Of a DNA stretch of 64,000 nt, positions 60,598 to 64,000 are shown in pieces. A program made the position numbers and the translations under genes. A model generated the notes under the pieces. That model saw nothing but the letters and a program-made list of their open reading frames with translations, searched no databases and was not told the origin of the DNA. Source of the stretch: Deltaproteobacteria bacterium (GTDB lineage Bacteria; Desulfobacterota; GWC2-55-46); assembly GCA_016177845.1 (NCBI GenBank), contig JACOUO010000011.1, positions 50,161 to 114,160 of the forward strand, in the 5' to 3' direction. Each line of letters begins with the position of its first letter. Positions within the stretch are counted from its first letter, which is position 1.

Positions 60598-62730
60598 TCA
60601 ATGTATGAACTCCATTACCTTAGAAAAATTTTTTTTTGCGAGGGGCAGCCTTAGAGTGAATTCCGTTCCTATGCCTTCTTCGCTTTCCACTTCAATTTGG
60701 CCTCCGTGAGCCTCGATTATCGTCTTGCACTGATAAAGCCCGATTCCAAGCCCGTTTTCCTTTGTAGTCCTGAAGGGCCTGAAGAGACCCGAAGCAATAA
60801 AGTCCCTCGCTATCCCCTCTCCGTTGTCTGCAAATTTTATCGAAGCGTACTCACATTCAGAGCCAAGGGTGACCTTTATCTCGCCATGAGCGCTTATAGC
60901 TTCATGAGCGTTCAGCAAAAGGTTCAGGAAGACCATCTCTATTGCTTCAGGGTCGATACTCAGGGGAGGGATGTGCGAGTTGTTCTCAATCGATACATGT
61001 TTAGACCTGTTTGTTCCAAACCTTTTAAGGGCGGAGTGCAGCACATCCTTGATATCGCATTCCTTCTTTTTGAGTTCAATGCCCTTGGGCGCGTCCTTTA
61101 GCTTTTCGATAAGCGATTTCATCTTGGATACCGTGCCGTCGATTGCCTTGATTGCGTCACGCTGGAAATCAGGGTTATTCATATTGAAGCGGGCATTCTG
61201 GCTGACAAGGGAAAGCAGGTTCGTGAAATTCTTAAGGTCATGCAGCACAAAAGATGACATCTTGTTGAACACCTCAGCTTCCTTGCCGGCCATTATGTGG
61301 TTAGTAAGCCCTATGTTTTTAATCTGTACCGCAGCCTGGGCGGACATTGCCCTTAAAAGATCGAAATCATCCTGTCTGTAAGGCTCTCCCGAAATATCTT
61401 CACCCTGAAGTATGAAACCCACCAGTTCCCTGTTTGCCGCAAGAGGGGAACACAGAGTTGTCCCGGTTGCCGAGGCAAGGCCTTCAATTTCGCCCTGTCC
61501 CGGAACAAAAACATCGTCTGCCAGCAGGAACGGCCCGTTGGATGAATTGATCTTCTCTATCAGAGGATGGGACGGGCTGATGCGCCTGTATAATGTTTCA
61601 AGCCTTCCGTGAGTCGCCCTGAAATTTGAAGTGGCAGAGTCATAGAGCCAGACATAGACCACTTTTGCTCCCATCGCCTCAGTGATCATCTCTGTCAGTG
61701 TGGAATGAATTTCTTCAATGCTCATCTTTGAACTTATCCTCTCGATAGTCTCCATCCATCTTTCTTTAAATTCGTACTTGTGCCTGTAGAAGTTCCTGCT
61801 TATGAAAAGCTCGGCTTTTCTCCTCAGGACATCCGAGAAAAGTATTGCTACGAGTGACAGTATGGAGAGGAATATAAAAAGCGTGGTTAGAAAATAACTG
61901 AACGGGATATTAAAATACCTTATTCCCTGTGTGATGATGCCTACGGCTATCAGATAAATTCCTGCCCCGAGTATCGTGAACGAGTTATAGAAAACATGGC
62001 GTGAGATGAATATCTCGCCGTGCAGGAGCTTGTGCCTGAATATGAAAAGAGCCATCATTGAGCTTGAAAAAAATATCACGGTAGAGGCAATGGGAATGGC
62101 TATGGTGCTGATCTCGCGGAACAGCAAGGCCTGGCTGGAGAGGTAGATAAAGAAAGCAAGTATTGAGCCGACCCCGAAGACGATGTATTTAACCTGCCAC
62201 CGTTTCGAGCTTTTAACGAACCTTAAAGTGTTCTCAAGCTGGACGAGGTTCAGCACCAGTGAAAGTATCAGGAAAATATGGAAGTACTTGCCTGTTGAGC
62301 CCAGCTTGAACTCAGGCATCCCCTCCATCGATATGGGTCCCGTTTCATAATCCATATAGATGAAGTCAGGAGAGTTTACGCAGGAGATAAAATAGGCTGA
62401 AAGAATGAATACGGTGGCTATCGCAGGAGACCATTTCAGAAAGATTTCTTTTTTTCTGTCCCTTGAATAAGCAAGAGCGAATATAAGCCAGGCGGCGGGC
62501 ATTATAGCCTGTCCGACTACGCTCAGCTTTATCCCGCCAAGAAGGGCTCTGACGCTTTCAGGCGCGATGAGAAAGACCGTGTCGCCGGCCTGAATTAAAA
62601 CAATAGAGAGCATGCCGAGCGAAAAGCCTACATTCGTCAGATTCCTTAAATTCCTCTTAAGGGCTAATGCCGCAAGCCCCGCGCAAAGGAAGATATTCAG
62701 AAGAGGCAATATGAAAAAATAAGTTTCCAT
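60598..62730 (-). CDS. prsK: PEP-CTERM system histidine kinase PrsK
   Basis: Multi-TM N-terminus, GAF domain, SSFVLHDLKN, NPDFQ.D, FRPFRTTK..GLGIGL. Confidence 0.88.
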   Translation of the reverse strand: METYFFILPLLNIFLCAGLAALALKRNLRNLTNVGFSLGMLSIVLIQAGDTVFLIAPESVRALLGGIKLSVVGQAIMPAAWLIFALAYSRDRKKEIFLKWSPAIATVFILSAYFISCVNSPDFIYMDYETGPISMEGMPEFKLGSTGKYFHIFLILSLVLNLVQLENTLRFVKSSKRWQVKYIVFGVGSILAFFIYLSSQALLFREISTIAIPIASTVIFFSSSMMALFIFRHKLLHGEIFISRHVFYNSFTILGAGIYLIAVGIITQGIRYFNIPFSYFLTTLFIFLSILSLVAILFSDVLRRKAELFISRNFYRHKYEFKERWMETIERISSKMSIEEIHSTLTEMITEAMGAKVVYVWLYDSATSNFRATHGRLETLYRRISPSHPLIEKINSSNGPFLLADDVFVPGQGEIEGLASATGTTLCSPLAANRELVGFILQGEDISGEPYRQDDFDLLRAMSAQAAVQIKNIGLTNHIMAGKEAEVFNKMSSFVLHDLKNFTNLLSLVSQNARFNMNNPDFQRDAIKAIDGTVSKMKSLIEKLKDAPKGIELKKKECDIKDVLHSALKRFGTNRSKHVSIENNSHIPPLSIDPEAIEMVFLNLLLNAHEAISAHGEIKVTLGSECEYASIKFADNGEGIARDFIASGLFRPFRTTKENGLGIGLYQCKTIIEAHGGQIEVESEEGIGTEFTLRLPLAKKNFSKVMEFIH

Positions 62731-62857
62731 TGCTCCGGGATTACCTGTTGTTTAGATTCCGTTGAGTTTTTGAATTTGAGATGAAGTGATTTGAGTCACA
62801 TACCAGGGCAGGCTGATTTATTAAAATGGTGCCTGAAAATTGGTTTTGTATGTTTTA

Positions 62858-62994
62858 TCCTTTGCTCAGAGCAAACCCAGGGAAATCGGGGGGCGCAGAG
62901 CAACGGGACTAAAGAAGTCTGGCTTTACCGTTCTTCCTCTTTGTTTTTTTCCCCTGAAAATTCCAGCTTCCATGTTCGCCGAGCCGCCAAAGGA
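62858..62994 (+). ncRNA. GEMM-I cyclic-dinucleotide riboswitch, A20 (c-AMP-GMP-type) variant
   Basis: AGCAAA-CCCAGG-GAAA-TCGGGG-GGCGCAGAGC-AACGGGACTAAAG..CATGTTCGCCGAGCCGCC; P1 TCCTTTG/CAAAGGA. Confidence 0.8.
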
Positions 62995-63021
62995 AAATCC
63001 CTTTGGCGGCTATTTTTTTTT
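62982..63021 (+). terminator. Riboswitch expression-platform terminator
   Basis: AGCCGCCAAAGG-AAAATC-CCTTTGGCGGCT-A-T9; the left arm overlaps the aptamer 3' strand. Confidence 0.85.
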
Positions 63022-63045
63022 ACTTAGTAATAAGGAGGTTTAACG

Positions 63046-64000
63046 ATGCAAAGATTCAGAACGCGCAGAGGCCTGATAGCGGGCTTCGCAGCTCTGGTTG
63101 TCAGTTTTATGTTTGCCGCTCATGCGTTCGCAGGCGAGGCAACGCTGTCTTGGACAGCGCCCGCCACGAACACGAACGGTTCACAACTGGCAGACCTTAC
63201 GGGCTACAAGGTGTACTACGGAACAGCTTCAGGAAGCTATTCCAACATAATCGATGTTGGTAATGTGACTTCTTACAAGGTAGCCAATCTTTCATCAGGC
63301 ACTACTTACTATTTTGCGGTCACTGCTTATAATTCGGTTGGAACAGAGAGCGCTTACTCAAATGAAGCGACAAAGACGATTCAGGCTGCTGATACCGCCG
63401 GGCCTGTAATATCAGGAGTATACGCAAGCAATATCACACCTGAAACAGCCGGTGTGAACTGGGTTACAGATGAGCCTTCCGATTCGCAGATAGAGTACGG
63501 CACTACGGCATCATACGGCTATAAGTTGCCTCTTAATGACACAATGGTAACGGCCCACAGCGAGACAATCGAAGGTCTCGCGCCTTCTACGCTTTACCAT
63601 TACAAAGTCTTAAGCCGTGACGCCTCAGGCAACATTACCACGTCTGCTGATTATACTTTCACAACTGACGCGGCTTCTGATGTAACCTCTCCGGTCATCT
63701 CTAATGTCGCTGTCTCGGGAATTACCGGAAACTCGGCCACTATCACATGGTCAACAGATGAACCCGCAACCTCTCAGGTAGAGTATGGTTCAGGCAATGC
63801 CTCAGCTCTTGATTCAGAGCTTGTTACCATACACTCTGTGCATCTTACAGGTCTTAACGGCTACACTTCCTATGATTTTGTAGTCAGGTCGGCGGACATC
63901 GCAGGAAACCTTGCAATATCCTCATATGACACCTTTAATACTTCAAATATCCCGCCCGCAATTACAGCTTACTCTGCCAACACGCTTACCGGAAAAGTGC
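63046..64000 (+). CDS. Secreted fibronectin type III multi-domain protein, 3' end outside window (absent from ORF track)
   Basis: AAGGAGG RBS; MQRFRT..AHAFA signal; ATLSWTAP..GYKVYYG..TYYFAVTAYN..ES.YSNE; two W.TDEP..SQ(I/V)EYG repeats; frame open to window end. Confidence 0.88.
   Translation, partial: MQRFRTRRGLIAGFAALVVSFMFAAHAFAGEATLSWTAPATNTNGSQLADLTGYKVYYGTASGSYSNIIDVGNVTSYKVANLSSGTTYYFAVTAYNSVGTESAYSNEATKTIQAADTAGPVISGVYASNITPETAGVNWVTDEPSDSQIEYGTTASYGYKLPLNDTMVTAHSETIEGLAPSTLYHYKVLSRDASGNITTSADYTFTTDAASDVTSPVISNVAVSGITGNSATITWSTDEPATSQVEYGSGNASALDSELVTIHSVHLTGLNGYTSYDFVVRSADIAGNLAISSYDTFNTSNIPPAITAYSANTLTGKV

Noticed and set aside
63003-63263. 86-aa ORF from the track
   Set aside because: It starts inside the terminator and is out of frame with the RBS-supported FN3 gene at 63046.

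Overview
Gene-dense bacterial chromosomal window. Gene content (pilC-pilS-pilR-pilA, PrsK/PrsR/PrsT PEP-CTERM system, surE-pcm-nlpD-rpoS-apt) suggests a Deltaproteobacteria/Desulfobacterota-like organism; this is inference. Five things stand out. (1) A type IV pilin gene with a sigma54 promoter is flanked by three GT-C-type membrane glycosyltransferase candidates. It faces a convergent 8-gene operon: two radical SAM enzymes, a B12-radical SAM, a TPP E1 alpha/beta pair without E2/E3, GT2, GT9 and a membrane hydrolase-like gene. Together these are a candidate pathway for making an unusual sugar and attaching it to pilin or other surface proteins. (2) A PrdB/GrdB-family selenoprotein (in-frame UGA, UxxC motif, SECIS-like hairpin) lies directly behind copA and is split in two by the ORF track. 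(3) A GEMM-I riboswitch with A at position 20 (c-AMP-GMP type) and an overlapping terminator precedes a secreted FN3 protein missing from the ORF track. (4) An unassigned ~128-nt structured RNA candidate lies upstream of eno. (5) A 3 x ~203-bp array of CGTC-type palindromic repeats has a second copy 8 kb away. There is also a very small PEP-CTERM protein. No rRNA, tRNA, CRISPR array or transposase was seen. All calls come from motif recognition by eye; no searches were run.
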